A DNA stretch of 64,000 nt from Gammaproteobacteria bacterium (GTDB taxonomy: Bacteria; Pseudomonadota; Gammaproteobacteria; Eutrophobiales; Eutrophobiaceae), in assembly GCA_004297165.1 (NCBI GenBank), contig SCUJ01000010.1, positions 73,666 through 137,665 of the forward strand, given 5' to 3'. The position numbers and the translations under genes were made by a program. Below, piece by piece: positions 32,503 to 42,283 of this stretch. The notes under the pieces were generated by a model. The model made no database searches. It was not told the DNA's origin and was given only the letters and a program-made list of their open reading frames with translations. Every line of letters begins with the position of its first letter. The first letter of the stretch is position 1.

Positions 32503-34371
32503 TCAGTTGTAATGGCGGCTCCGGTAGACGCCGGCGCCAACAGCGCCGATCGCTATCAGCAGGGGAACGAGTCCGACGTTGATAAAACGCAACGCGATGC
32601 CGAGGCCCTCGATATCCTTCTGCAACTCGTGCTGGACGGCCCTGAGTTCCTTGCGCGTTTCCAGCATCTCGGCGCGGAACTTCTCGATCTCCGCGGCCTG
32701 TTCGGGGCTGAGGATCATGCCGCCGCTATCGCTGCCGCCCTTGCCTTGCAAGTCGACGATCCGCTGTTCCGTTTCCTTCAGGCGTTCTTGCAGTTCCTGT
32801 TCGCGCAACCTGAATCGCTCCTCCGCCTCCCGCCGGATCACCTCGACCCTGGTAAACGGCCTGGAGGAAGCGCCACGGCTGCGCAGGCTGATGAGATCGT
32901 TGCTGCCGGAGAGGTTATCCAGGGCGTTGATGATGAAGTCGCCGTTATCGGCGATTGCCTGGTTGATCTGCATGCCGAGAAAATTCTGCTCGCGCACCCA
33001 GAACATATCGCTCAGGATGTCGGTATCCGCGACCAGGATGACATTGATATCCCCTTCCTTCAGGAAATCCTTATTCCCGGCCTCGGTTTTTTGCTCGCCA
33101 CCACCGGGTGCGCCTTCGGGAAAAGCGGTTTGCGCGCTTCCGCTCAGTCGCACCGCGATGTCCCTTTGTTTGTCTTCCGACTTGAAGTTGTTCAGGATGC
33201 TCTCCGGGTCCTGCCGGAATTGCAGCATGATCCGTTCGAGCAGCATCGTCTGAGAGCTGGTCCTGAGCAACGGGGTCACGGTCAGTTTCGAGTCTTCCTT
33301 CTTGTTAATCGCCCCGGCGGAACCCGTATTCACGACCTCGAGCTCGTTGGTGGCGAAGTCTTCCCGGTTGAGGGCCTCGCCCTGGAGCCCCAGCCACGGC
33401 AGGTAGAGAATGCCGGACTGCCCTCTGGGGCTGCGGGTTTGCACCCGCATGGCGTATTCCGCATCGCCCACCACCTTGTCGCCGGGGATCTCGAGTCCCC
33501 AGGCATTGAGCAAACGATCCAAATGCGAGCTGGGATCGGGCATGGAAGGATTCTGCGGATCGGGCCCGGGGTTATCCGACTCCGCCAGCGGATCCACGAA
33601 GAACATGGCCTTGCCGCCCCGCAATACAAACTGATCGATGTCAAAGAGGGTCGACTCGGGCAGATCCTTCGGATGAATCACCATCAGGACATCGATATCG
33701 TCAGTCACCGTGGTCAACTCCCGGACATCGAAGAATTCCCGCATCGATTCGATGATGGCCCACGTCTGTGGCGGTGCGGGCGGTTGTCCCGGCAGCATCG
33801 GCGCCCCAAATACCGGCAGGCTGCTGATCACCCCGATCGCCGGTTTCCTGGGATTGGCCAGATTGTAAATTAGCTTCGTCAGGTCGTATTCGAGCGACGC
33901 CTCGCGCTGATTCTGAAAGAACGCGATGACCTTTTCGTCATCCACCGAGTTGCGGGCAACGAGGCCGAAATAGGCGTTGTCCCCGGCGGTGTTGACGGCA
34001 ACGCCTTGCAGGCCGCTGGCGACGGCCTGATCTTCCGCCTCCGAAAATGGCTCGGGCTCGATGACGGTCAGCTTGAGCTTGCCGCCGGATTTCGCTGCAT
34101 ATTCCCGCAAGAGATCGCCAACCCGGTTGCCGTAGTTGATCATCGACGGGAAGGAGTCCAGGGTCTTCCTGGAAAAGTAAAAGTCGAGCCTTATGGGTTC
34201 CTCGAGGGATGCCAGGATATTTTCCGTCCCTTGTGAAAGTGTATAGAGCCTCGCGTCTGTCAGATCGAGCCGCACACCGGTGATTCCTGTATTTACCAGG
34301 ATGATTATGGCCACCGCCAGGATAGCAGCCGGAATCAAACCGGCGCCTCGCATCAATATGCCCTGCCTCAT
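32503..34371 (-). CDS. GldG-like ABC transporter auxiliary component
   Basis: RLDLTDARLYTLSQGT, LEYDLTKLI, DQFVLRGGK..FFVDP, N- and C-terminal TM. Confidence 0.85.
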   Translation of the reverse strand: MRQGILMRGAGLIPAAILAVAIIILVNTGITGVRLDLTDARLYTLSQGTENILASLEEPIRLDFYFSRKTLDSFPSMINYGNRVGDLLREYAAKSGGKLKLTVIEPEPFSEAEDQAVASGLQGVAVNTAGDNAYFGLVARNSVDDEKVIAFFQNQREASLEYDLTKLIYNLANPRKPAIGVISSLPVFGAPMLPGQPPAPPQTWAIIESMREFFDVRELTTVTDDIDVLMVIHPKDLPESTLFDIDQFVLRGGKAMFFVDPLAESDNPGPDPQNPSMPDPSSHLDRLLNAWGLEIPGDKVVGDAEYAMRVQTRSPRGQSGILYLPWLGLQGEALNREDFATNELEVVNTGSAGAINKKEDSKLTVTPLLRTSSQTMLLERIMLQFRQDPESILNNFKSEDKQRDIAVRLSGSAQTAFPEGAPGGGEQKTEAGNKDFLKEGDINVILVADTDILSDMFWVREQNFLGMQINQAIADNGDFIINALDNLSGSNDLISLRSRGASSRPFTRVEVIRREAEERFRLREQELQERLKETEQRIVDLQGKGGSDSGGMILSPEQAAEIEKFRAEMLETRKELRAVQHELQKDIEGLGIALRFINVGLVPLLIAIGAVGAGVYRSRHYN

Positions 34372-34386
34372 CTTGGTTAAACGCTC

Positions 34387-35121
34387 CTACCCACCCTTTT
34401 TGATATCGATCACAACCACCGTCGCATACAGCCAGAACAGGATCAACACTACAAAGTAGACGAGATCCCGCAAATCGATGACGCCCTTGCTGATGGAACT
34501 GAAATGGGTCAGGAAACTGAACGAAGCGATGACGTCGATCAGGGCCTGCGGTGCCCAGGCTTGAAACAGGTTCAGCACCATCGGAAAACCGCTCAGCACG
34601 AACAGGAAACAGATCGCGGCGCCGATGACGAAGGCGATCACCTGGCTGCGGGTCAGCGCCGAGACACACGAGCCGATGGCCAGAAAACCGCCGGCCATGA
34701 GCAGGCTGCCGATATAGGCTGACAGGATCACCGCGTTGTCCGGCTCACCCAGATAATTCACCGTAATCCAGATGGGAAAGGTCAGGGCCAGAGCGATGGC
34801 GCTGAAAATCCAGGCGGCCAGGAATTTGCCCACCACTGCATCGGCGACCGTGACGGGCAGGGTCATGAGCAGCTCTATGGTCCCGGTCTTGCGCTCCTCG
34901 GACCAGAGCCGCATGGCAATGGCAGGAAGCAGGAAGAGATACAACCAGGGATGAAAATTGAAGAAGGGTTCGAGGTCCGCCTGATTGCGCTCATAGAAGG
35001 AACCGACGTAGAAGGTGAAGATCCCCGTCATGAACAGAAAGATCACGATGAAGACATAGGCCACGGGCGTGGAGAAATAGCCATGGAGCTCGCGTTTCAT
35101 GATTGCCTTGATGTTGCGCAT
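34387..35121 (-). CDS. ABC-2 permease, GldF-like
   Basis: KRELHGYFSTPVAY, MRLWSEERKTGTIELLMTLP, GVIDLRD. Confidence 0.88.
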   Translation of the reverse strand: MRNIKAIMKRELHGYFSTPVAYVFIVIFLFMTGIFTFYVGSFYERNQADLEPFFNFHPWLYLFLLPAIAMRLWSEERKTGTIELLMTLPVTVADAVVGKFLAAWIFSAIALALTFPIWITVNYLGEPDNAVILSAYIGSLLMAGGFLAIGSCVSALTRSQVIAFVIGAAICFLFVLSGFPMVLNLFQAWAPQALIDVIASFSFLTHFSSISKGVIDLRDLVYFVVLILFWLYATVVVIDIKKGG

Positions 35122-35870
35122 CAGGCATACCCCGCGGTTTGGTTCGTCGTGATCCGGCGGAAGGCGTCGTCGATATCGCGCCGGTCGGATCGAGCCCTCA
35201 ATTCCTCCGGGGTGCCGTCGAAAAGAATCTCGCCGGCGGCGATAATGATGGCCCGCGTGCAAACCGCGTCCACCTCTTCGAGGATGTGCGTGGAGATGAT
35301 GATGGCCTTGTCGCTCGCCATGTTCCGGATGAGTGTGCGCACCTCGTGTTTCTGGTTCGGATCGAGGCCATCTGTCGGCTCGTCCATAATCAGGACATCC
35401 GGATCGTGCAACAGGGCCTGCGCCAGGCCGACGCGGCGCCGATAGCCTTTGGAAAGGGTTTCGATGGTCTGATCACGGACGCTCTCGAGATTGATGGTCC
35501 TGATGATCTCGGCGATGCGGACATCACGGGCCTGTGATTTGAACCCCCTGATCTCGGCGATGAATTGCAGGAACCGCTGAACCGTCATCTCGCCATAGGC
35601 TGGCGCCCCTTCAGGGAGATAACCAATGCTGGCCTTCACGCCCACGGGGTCCTCGACCACGTCGTGGCCGTTGACCGTAACCGTGCCGCCGTCGGGGCTG
35701 AGAAAGCCCGCGATCATTTTCATCGTGGTCGATTTGCCCGCGCCATTCGGCCCCAAAAATCCCAGCACCTCGCCATGATTCACCGTGAAGGAAATCTTGC
35801 GCACGGCGTGAATGGGGCCGTAATGCTTGTCGAGCGAGGCGACGGCAATCGCGGGCTTGATGTCTGACAT
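35121..35870 (-). CDS. ABC ATP-binding protein, GldA-like
   Basis: GPNGAGKST, LSKGYRRRVGLAQA, DEPTDGLDP. Confidence 0.9.
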   Translation of the reverse strand: MSDIKPAIAVASLDKHYGPIHAVRKISFTVNHGEVLGFLGPNGAGKSTTMKMIAGFLSPDGGTVTVNGHDVVEDPVGVKASIGYLPEGAPAYGEMTVQRFLQFIAEIRGFKSQARDVRIAEIIRTINLESVRDQTIETLSKGYRRRVGLAQALLHDPDVLIMDEPTDGLDPNQKHEVRTLIRNMASDKAIIISTHILEEVDAVCTRAIIIAAGEILFDGTPEELRARSDRRDIDDAFRRITTNQTAGYA

Positions 35871-36043
35871 GATTGCTGCGTAATGGATTTATTGTTCGAT
35901 TCCAGCGCCGGCATCCCCCTGATCCCGGCTAAGGCGCGTTATTTTCCATAAATAAACATGGGCGTCAATCTCCCTTCGGCTCGCACAGACCGCGAGGTTG
36001 CCGGAGTTGATCCATTGAATCTCCGACTAACCGGGAGTCGCAT

Positions 36044-36904
36044 TTATTCCTGAGTCTTTTTCAACCGATACAGGGCGGAGATGTCCTTCTCCCCCTGGCC
36101 TTCCGCCATCAATCGCCGATATTGTCTCAGAGTCGCCTCGATGATCGGCAAAGGAAGATTGACATTCCGGGCCATCTCCGTGCAGATCAGCAAATCCTTG
36201 TGATGCAGTTTCACCTTGAAGCCTTTTTCGTAGTCGCCGGCTAGCATCGTCTTTCCGCGATGGTCGAGAAACCAGTTGGCCGCGGCACCCCTGGCGATCA
36301 CCTCAATCACCTTGTCCATATTCAAACCCAAACAGGCGCCGAAGGCCAAGGCGTCCGTGACCGCCTGATTAATTCCGGCAACCATGATCTGATTGACCGC
36401 CTTACAGGCCTGACCGCTGCCGGTCGGCCCGATGTGTTCGATCCGGGCAGCGATCGCTGTCAAAGTCTCATGCGCCCGCGCGAAGACCGCAGCTGACCCG
36501 CCGACCATCATCGCCAGCGACCCCGCAGCCGCGCCTTCCACACCGCCGCTCACCGGCGCATCCAGAAAATCGGCCTTGCTGCGCGCGAGGATCGCCGCGG
36601 TCTTACGGGCGGTTTCACTGCTGACGGTCGAGGTATCGACGACGATCGTGTCCGCGGTTACGGATGGTGCGATTCTCTCGACAACATCAATGACATCCTG
36701 ATCCGCAGAGACGCTGATGAGGATTAGTTCGCAATCCGCGGCCAGTTCCTCCATGGACATGGCCCGCGCCACGCCGGTCTCCGCCGCCAGTCCTTCCGCC
36801 CTGAATGCCGTCCGGTTATAGAGCCGGTGCAGATGTCCGTGGCGATGCAGATTCAAGGCCATTCCGGCGCCCATGGCGCCAAGGCCGATGACGCCGGTCT
36901 TCAC
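36044..36904 (-). CDS. NAD(P)-dependent oxidoreductase, 3-hydroxyisobutyrate/tartronate semialdehyde reductase family
   Basis: GLGAMG, DAPVSGG, catalytic K in GQACKAVNQ; GTG start overlapping upstream TGA. Confidence 0.88.
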   Translation of the reverse strand: MKTGVIGLGAMGAGMALNLHRHGHLHRLYNRTAFRAEGLAAETGVARAMSMEELAADCELILISVSADQDVIDVVERIAPSVTADTIVVDTSTVSSETARKTAAILARSKADFLDAPVSGGVEGAAAGSLAMMVGGSAAVFARAHETLTAIAARIEHIGPTGSGQACKAVNQIMVAGINQAVTDALAFGACLGLNMDKVIEVIARGAAANWFLDHRGKTMLAGDYEKGFKVKLHHKDLLICTEMARNVNLPLPIIEATLRQYRRLMAEGQGEKDISALYRLKKTQE

Positions 36905-38307
36905 GCGGAATAATGCCTGGCGATGACCTCCGCGACACAACAGCTCAGGCGCTTGGCCGTGGGGATGTGCAGGAACTCGTTGGGGCCGTGGGCATTGGCC
37001 TGCGGTCCCAGAACCCCAGTGATCAGAAATTGGGCCTTGGGGAATCTCGCCCCCAGCATGTTCATGAAGGGGATCGTCCCGCCCTCGCCCATATGCACGG
37101 CGGGTTTGCCGAAATAGCGCCTGGATGCCTCGTTCAGGGCATCATCGAGCCAGGGCAACATCGTTGGCGCCTCCCAGCCGCTGGCGCTCCAATCAGCCTT
37201 GAAGGACACCTTTGCGCCATACGGGGGTTCCTCCTCCAGCAACTGCTGCAAGCGCCTGGACGCCGCCTCGGCATTGCTGGTGGGCGGCAGTCGCAAGGAA
37301 ACCTTAACGGATGTGTAGGGACGCAGCACATTGCCCGCGCGATCCACATCCGGGATCCCCCTGATGCCGGTAATCGAAAGCGCCGGACGCCAAGTCCGGT
37401 TCAGGATCAATTCGACGGGATCGGAGACAACGGGCTGCATCCCGTCCATGAAGGGAAAACGGCGCTGCAATTGCGGCCCGAGCACGGCAGCGGCGACAGC
37501 GGCCTGCTGCAATCGCTCTGCGGGGATCTCGACAGTGAACTTGTCGTCCAGGACGATGCCGGTGCGGTGGTTGTCGATCCGGTTCAACAACGTGCGCATG
37601 ATGCGGAAACTGGACGGCACGATCCCGCTGGCGTCCCCGGAATGCACCCCTTCGCGCAGGACATCGATCCGCAATTCGCCCCCGATAAGTCCGCGCAGCG
37701 AGGTGGTGTTCCAGAGTTGTTCGTAATTGCCGCAGCCGGAATCGAGGCAGATCACGAGCGTGGGGTTGCCGCACCGCTCCGCCAATAATTCTATGTAGGC
37801 GGGGAAATCGTAACTGCCGCTTTCCTCGCAGGCCTCGATGAGGATGATGCAACGGCGCCTCGGTATCCCTTGATCGAGCAGGGCCTCGATTGCGATCAGG
37901 GCGGCGAACATGGCATAGCCGTCATCCGCTCCTCCGCGGCCATAAAGCTTGTCACCTTCAATCACCGGTTGCCAGGGACCAAGATCGCTGCGCCACCCGG
38001 TCATTTCCGGTTGTTTGTCCAGATGCCCGTACAGAATAATGGTTTGATCGCCGCTGCCGGGGATGTCGATAAAGAGTAGCGGCGTGCGTCCCGGCAAACG
38101 CAGGATCTCCAGCTTCAGCCCTGGAATATTGCGGGACTGGCACCAGGCGCGAAACAGCTCCATCGCCTGTTCCATGTAATCGTTCGCCTGCCAGTCGGGG
38201 TCGAAATCGGGGGAGAGATTGGGGATCCGGATATATTCCATGAGTGCAGGGATCGCCGATCGGTCCCAGCTATCCCCGCAATAGGCAATGGTCTTTTGCG
38301 TGTCCAT
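36901..38307 (-). CDS. M20 family metallopeptidase (ArgE/DapE/dipeptidase-like)
   Basis: YGHLDKQP, GRGGADDG, EACEESGS, EGGTIP, AHGPNE. Confidence 0.92.
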   Translation of the reverse strand: MDTQKTIAYCGDSWDRSAIPALMEYIRIPNLSPDFDPDWQANDYMEQAMELFRAWCQSRNIPGLKLEILRLPGRTPLLFIDIPGSGDQTIILYGHLDKQPEMTGWRSDLGPWQPVIEGDKLYGRGGADDGYAMFAALIAIEALLDQGIPRRRCIILIEACEESGSYDFPAYIELLAERCGNPTLVICLDSGCGNYEQLWNTTSLRGLIGGELRIDVLREGVHSGDASGIVPSSFRIMRTLLNRIDNHRTGIVLDDKFTVEIPAERLQQAAVAAAVLGPQLQRRFPFMDGMQPVVSDPVELILNRTWRPALSITGIRGIPDVDRAGNVLRPYTSVKVSLRLPPTSNAEAASRRLQQLLEEEPPYGAKVSFKADWSASGWEAPTMLPWLDDALNEASRRYFGKPAVHMGEGGTIPFMNMLGARFPKAQFLITGVLGPQANAHGPNEFLHIPTAKRLSCCVAEVIARHYSA

Positions 38308-38358
38308 ACCACTAGTCTACCCGCAAGCCAGGTAAAACGTCAGCCATGGATCGATGGA

Positions 38359-39522
38359 TCAAGGCGTCAGGTTAAGACCTTGACGGATGATCTTCGCGAC
38401 TATCCTGTGGCCAGCCGGGGTGTAGTGCCCTTCATTGGGGAAAAACCAGTCGCGGCCTTCACCAGCATCATGGAGTTCACGCATGGAACCCGCGACATCG
38501 ATACTCTTTAGATGATTTATTTCAGCCGTATTTAACATGAATAACCGGACGTGGTCCTGGAACAGGGAGGATGGGGACACCGGGCTGGTGACATAGGACA
38601 TCCCCGGTAGGAGCGCCAGCACGAGTTTACCGCCATGGGCCGTGGCGGTTTCGCTCATTGCCTGAAGCAGGGCAACCTGCAACCGCTTCTGCTCGATAAG
38701 CCGGTCTTCAAGTGCCGCTTGCAGTTCTGTTGTCCTTAAACGAGGTGGCGGTAGCACCATTTCCAACAACCGGTTGGTTCGCAGCCAACGTCCGAACGGG
38801 TTCTGAGCTTGCGCAAGCGCATCCCCGTATATTATGGATTCGAGGGTCACTGTGTCGTGAGTGCGTTTAACTTCCGCGCTCGGGACGGGCACATTAGTCA
38901 GGGTTAATTCGTCATCTTCCAAAAGTCGAAATAAAGGTTTCTCCTGTTGCACCTGCAAAGGCACATGCAAGAGGTTATCGACAATATCATTGCCGAGATA
39001 AAACAGAAGCAGGTAGACCTCCGGTTGGAATTTACCCGCCACCTCTTGCTGAAGCAGATATTCCTGATCGGTGCTGAATCCGGGAACGCCGAAATTGAGG
39101 TATTCATTTTCCGGGTCCGACTGCGCCAAGCAGGCTGTAAAGGTATCTCCCTCGTTAACGCCGAGACCAAAGGTAAAGCTGTCCCCGAGCAGGACAATAC
39201 GTTTGCGATTGGATGGTAAGTTCGTCCATGAGTGTCCGCGGAAACCGTACTGATTAATCTCGTAGCTAGCGTTGAATTCATGGTGTCTGTGACTACCCTG
39301 CCACCCCGGAGCGAGCACCCAACCCAGGCGGGGATGATGTCTCAATAACCCGGGGTCGATGACGGAACTTGCACTGATCCATTTTTCATACCTGAATAAT
39401 ATGTAGTCCGCAGCAATCAACGACAGAGTGGTGCTGATGATGAAGATTACAGTGGATAGCAACCAAGATCGCAGATAGTTATCGATTATGAATTTGATTT
39501 TATGAAGAATTTTATTCTTCAT
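38359..39522 (-). CDS. Membrane-anchored SGNH/GDSL-family hydrolase/acetyltransferase-like protein
   Basis: N-terminal TM, INQYGFRG, LGDSFTFG, NFGVPGFS, GND, EGHYTPAGH. Confidence 0.8.
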   Translation of the reverse strand: MKNKILHKIKFIIDNYLRSWLLSTVIFIISTTLSLIAADYILFRYEKWISASSVIDPGLLRHHPRLGWVLAPGWQGSHRHHEFNASYEINQYGFRGHSWTNLPSNRKRIVLLGDSFTFGLGVNEGDTFTACLAQSDPENEYLNFGVPGFSTDQEYLLQQEVAGKFQPEVYLLLFYLGNDIVDNLLHVPLQVQQEKPLFRLLEDDELTLTNVPVPSAEVKRTHDTVTLESIIYGDALAQAQNPFGRWLRTNRLLEMVLPPPRLRTTELQAALEDRLIEQKRLQVALLQAMSETATAHGGKLVLALLPGMSYVTSPVSPSSLFQDHVRLFMLNTAEINHLKSIDVAGSMRELHDAGEGRDWFFPNEGHYTPAGHRIVAKIIRQGLNLTP

Positions 39523-39552
39523 TTAATAAACTCTCCTAAATTACAGACGAGA

Positions 39553-39685
39553 TGTCGCTTTTCTTTACAGAAGCCATCTAGCTTATCTATGTGTTAATAA
39601 CTTATTGATTCATATATAAGTTAGTTGGTAATTCGGCCCAAATCTTTTTCATGGGGCATTGAAAACCTTGTCAAGTTTCTTTACA
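39553..39685. promoter_or_regulatory. Two candidate enhancer boxes (PrsR-type) upstream of the PEP-CTERM gene
   Basis: TGTCGC-N5-TTTACA (39553-39569) and TGTCAA-N5-TTTACA (39669-39685). Confidence 0.5.
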
Positions 39686-39759
39686 TAATCAATCAAATTC
39701 GAAATCCTGAGACCTCGCATAAACGCATATCCCATTGTTTAATCTATAGAATAACTTTT

Positions 39760-39775
39760 TGGCCTGATAGTTGCT
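39760..39775 (+). promoter_or_regulatory. sigma54 promoter of the PEP-CTERM gene
   Basis: TGGCCTGATAGTTGCT, GG and GC 12 bp apart. Confidence 0.65.
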
Positions 39776-39843
39776 TGCTAATAGACCAAGCTGTACCTCG
39801 TGACTCAACATTAATCGTGAGTCTCATACATTTTAGGATTGTA

Positions 39844-40629
39844 ATGCTTATGAATATGAAACTGAGAAAAAGCTTGCTGTCGATTCTTCTAGGATGTGGA
39901 TTAGTTACATCCGCCACGGCTGCACCACTTTCCGGGGTCTGGACTGGGTGGTCGCAGATTGCGTCTGAGGACTTTGTCGGCAGCGGTGGCTTCGTCGATC
40001 CTGGCTGGGGCGGGCAAACTTTTGACGCCGAGTATCTTTATTACAAAGTCACTGGATCGGTTCTGCACCTTGGATTGCAAACAGGTTTCGATGTCGTCAC
40101 GGGAAAAGTTACTTACAGCAGTAAGGACTATTATTCCGGCGACCTTGCCCTCTCCTTCGATGGCAATACCTCCGTTTACGAATATGGCGTTGATTTTGGC
40201 TTATTGACCAAGGACTACAGCAACATCAAGGTCGATATGGGCACTGGTACTGGCATCGATGGCGCAGGCTTCTATTCCGTATCTTTGTGGAACGGTAACT
40301 TGGTGGATAGCTTCGAGCCATTCTCAAGCCCCTTCGCGATGGATGCGGGTGTGTTTAAGAAAATCCTGCTCAGCAACATTTCCGGATCTGGCGTAAACGG
40401 TAGCGATACCAGCTATTACCGCAAGGTATCCTTCGACATGTCTGGACTTGGGCTCGATATGACTAACGGCGTGGATGTACACTGGACCATGTCATGCGGT
40501 AATGACAACATCAATGGTCACTTTGTACCCGAACCGGCAAGCTTGGTTCTACTTAGCTTGGGACTGCTGGGAATCGGTTGTAGATTACGCCGACGGATTA
40601 AACTAACCGGGAGTAAACTAACCGCGTAA
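39844..40629 (+). CDS. PEP-CTERM sorting-domain protein
   Basis: Signal peptide (VTSATAAP); C-terminal VPEPASLVLLSLGLLGIGCRLRRR; start may be 39850 or 39856. Confidence 0.9.
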   Translation: MLMNMKLRKSLLSILLGCGLVTSATAAPLSGVWTGWSQIASEDFVGSGGFVDPGWGGQTFDAEYLYYKVTGSVLHLGLQTGFDVVTGKVTYSSKDYYSGDLALSFDGNTSVYEYGVDFGLLTKDYSNIKVDMGTGTGIDGAGFYSVSLWNGNLVDSFEPFSSPFAMDAGVFKKILLSNISGSGVNGSDTSYYRKVSFDMSGLGLDMTNGVDVHWTMSCGNDNINGHFVPEPASLVLLSLGLLGIGCRLRRRIKLTGSKLTA

Positions 40630-40672
40630 TCCCCAAGGATACAACCGCATGGATGCGACGAAGATAAAACAT

Positions 40673-40714
40673 AAAGGGACCGGTAGCTTCGAGCAACCGG
40701 TCCCTTTGTTTTTT
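40673..40714. terminator. Intrinsic terminator
   Basis: AAAGGGACCGGT / ACCGGTCCCTTT 12-bp stem followed by T-run. Confidence 0.8.
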
Positions 40715-40790
40715 GCATGTTTGCATGATAATTACCTTACTGAAATAAATCCCAATAATACGAATCTTTTACGTCAACAAGGAGGTCAAC

Positions 40791-41450
40791 ATGAAGTACT
40801 TTCACACATTGCTTCTCACGCTCGCCGTTTCATCCACACTGTGGCTCACAACCGCTTATGCCACCCCCATCATCAGCGAAGTCCTCTACGATGGTTCGGG
40901 GGGCGACGCTGACGATGTCTTCACGGAGATCTATGGCGCCCCTGGGATGCTACTGGATGGCTGGACGCTGACCGGGATCAATGGCAGCGATGGCGCGACC
41001 TATCGCGTCATCGATCTGAGCGGCGTCATTATCCCTGCTGACGGTTACCTCGTCATCGCCACGGCCTCCGCCCAAATCGGTCTTGCGAGCCTCGTGGATT
41101 TCATCGCCAACGTCGACTGGCAGAACGGCCCCGATTCAATCCAGTTGCGCGACCCGACGGGTATAGTAATGGACGCCCTTCAATACGGCGACGCCGGCAT
41201 CCACAATCACGGCGAAGGGGCGCCGGCTGCAGCGATCGTTGCCGGGCACAGCCTTGCCAGGATGAACCCGACACCCGATATGGATAATAATCAAATCGAC
41301 TTTATAGATTTATCCGCACCAACACCGGGGACAGGTCCTTATGTCAGCGAAGTGACGGAGCCGTGGAGCATAAGCATGTTGCTCACCGGGATAATCTTGT
41401 TGTTACGCAGACAAAGGAGTCCAATGTACCAGAGGGAAATCCATTGCTGA
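40791..41450 (+). CDS. Exported lamin-tail-domain protein with variant PEP-CTERM-like tail
   Basis: Signal peptide, IISEVLYDGSGGD...FTEIY, QNGPDSIQL, VTEPWSISMLLTGIILLLRRQR. Confidence 0.75.
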   Translation: MKYFHTLLLTLAVSSTLWLTTAYATPIISEVLYDGSGGDADDVFTEIYGAPGMLLDGWTLTGINGSDGATYRVIDLSGVIIPADGYLVIATASAQIGLASLVDFIANVDWQNGPDSIQLRDPTGIVMDALQYGDAGIHNHGEGAPAAAIVAGHSLARMNPTPDMDNNQIDFIDLSAPTPGTGPYVSEVTEPWSISMLLTGIILLLRRQRSPMYQREIHC

Positions 41451-41556
41451 AACCAACATGACATAAACAAGACATTCACTTTTATACGGTTGGAGGTGAT
41501 TGTCGGGAGGACTATGACGCGGTTAAGAGGGATTATTATTGTGTAGTATTTGGTTA

Positions 41557-42279
41557 TCAGGGTATTGGTAGAAACACTGCGGTCGCCATCCGCTGGATGA
41601 TTTTTTTGATCATCCGATTGTTCTTCCCAGCCATAACCATGGCCAAGGAATCCTGCAAGGCGATAAGTTTACCGAATAATCGTTCGTAGCTGCGATTCTC
41701 GACCTCGCCTGGCAGGGAGTTGCTGTAGATGAGCGGACGGCCCTCGATGTCCCGCGCCTCGCTCAATTTCCACACAGCCAATTCGATGTTTCTCGCGCTG
41801 TTGTACAGCGCCTGTGAATCAACGCTGTCATACAGGAAAAATTCGGTTTTGTAACGATAAGACGCCATCACCATCGATGTCAGTCCCAAGATATAACAGA
41901 AGACCCGATCGCCCTTGAATCCCGGCATGAGTGATAACTCTATCGCCTGGGCGCCAGAAACCCCGTTCAATTCCTGGAAATGCCAATTGCTGGTGCGACT
42001 GAAGATCCTATTGACGCTCTCGGCGACCTCAGGATGCGGCGATTTGGCCAATTCGCGGGGATTGCGCTTATACAGCTTTTCCATCAATTCACGCAGATAG
42101 GCGCGCGCCTCACGGACATTGATCTCCATCACCTGGTTCATGTCCGACTTGCCGAGGGAATACAGTCTGAAGCGATCTGCCTGCGGACCGTCTTCTATAG
42201 GGTGAGTTATACCGCATGCAGTAGTGATCAGCATCAATGCCATCATTACTCCACAGCCATGCTTTTCCGTGGCATGCAT
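41557..42279 (-). CDS. Hypothetical lipoprotein
   Basis: Hydrophobic leader ending ITTAC; 240-codon ORF coupled to upstream methyltransferase. Confidence 0.65.
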   Translation of the reverse strand: MHATEKHGCGVMMALMLITTACGITHPIEDGPQADRFRLYSLGKSDMNQVMEINVREARAYLRELMEKLYKRNPRELAKSPHPEVAESVNRIFSRTSNWHFQELNGVSGAQAIELSLMPGFKGDRVFCYILGLTSMVMASYRYKTEFFLYDSVDSQALYNSARNIELAVWKLSEARDIEGRPLIYSNSLPGEVENRSYERLFGKLIALQDSLAMVMAGKNNRMIKKIIQRMATAVFLPIP

Positions 42280-42283
42280 TCTT

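Noticed and set aside
31344-35870. Gld-like ABC cluster as a gliding-motility system
   Set aside because: The GldA/F/G-like plus DUF4340 cluster is widespread in non-gliding Proteobacteria; no other motility genes here
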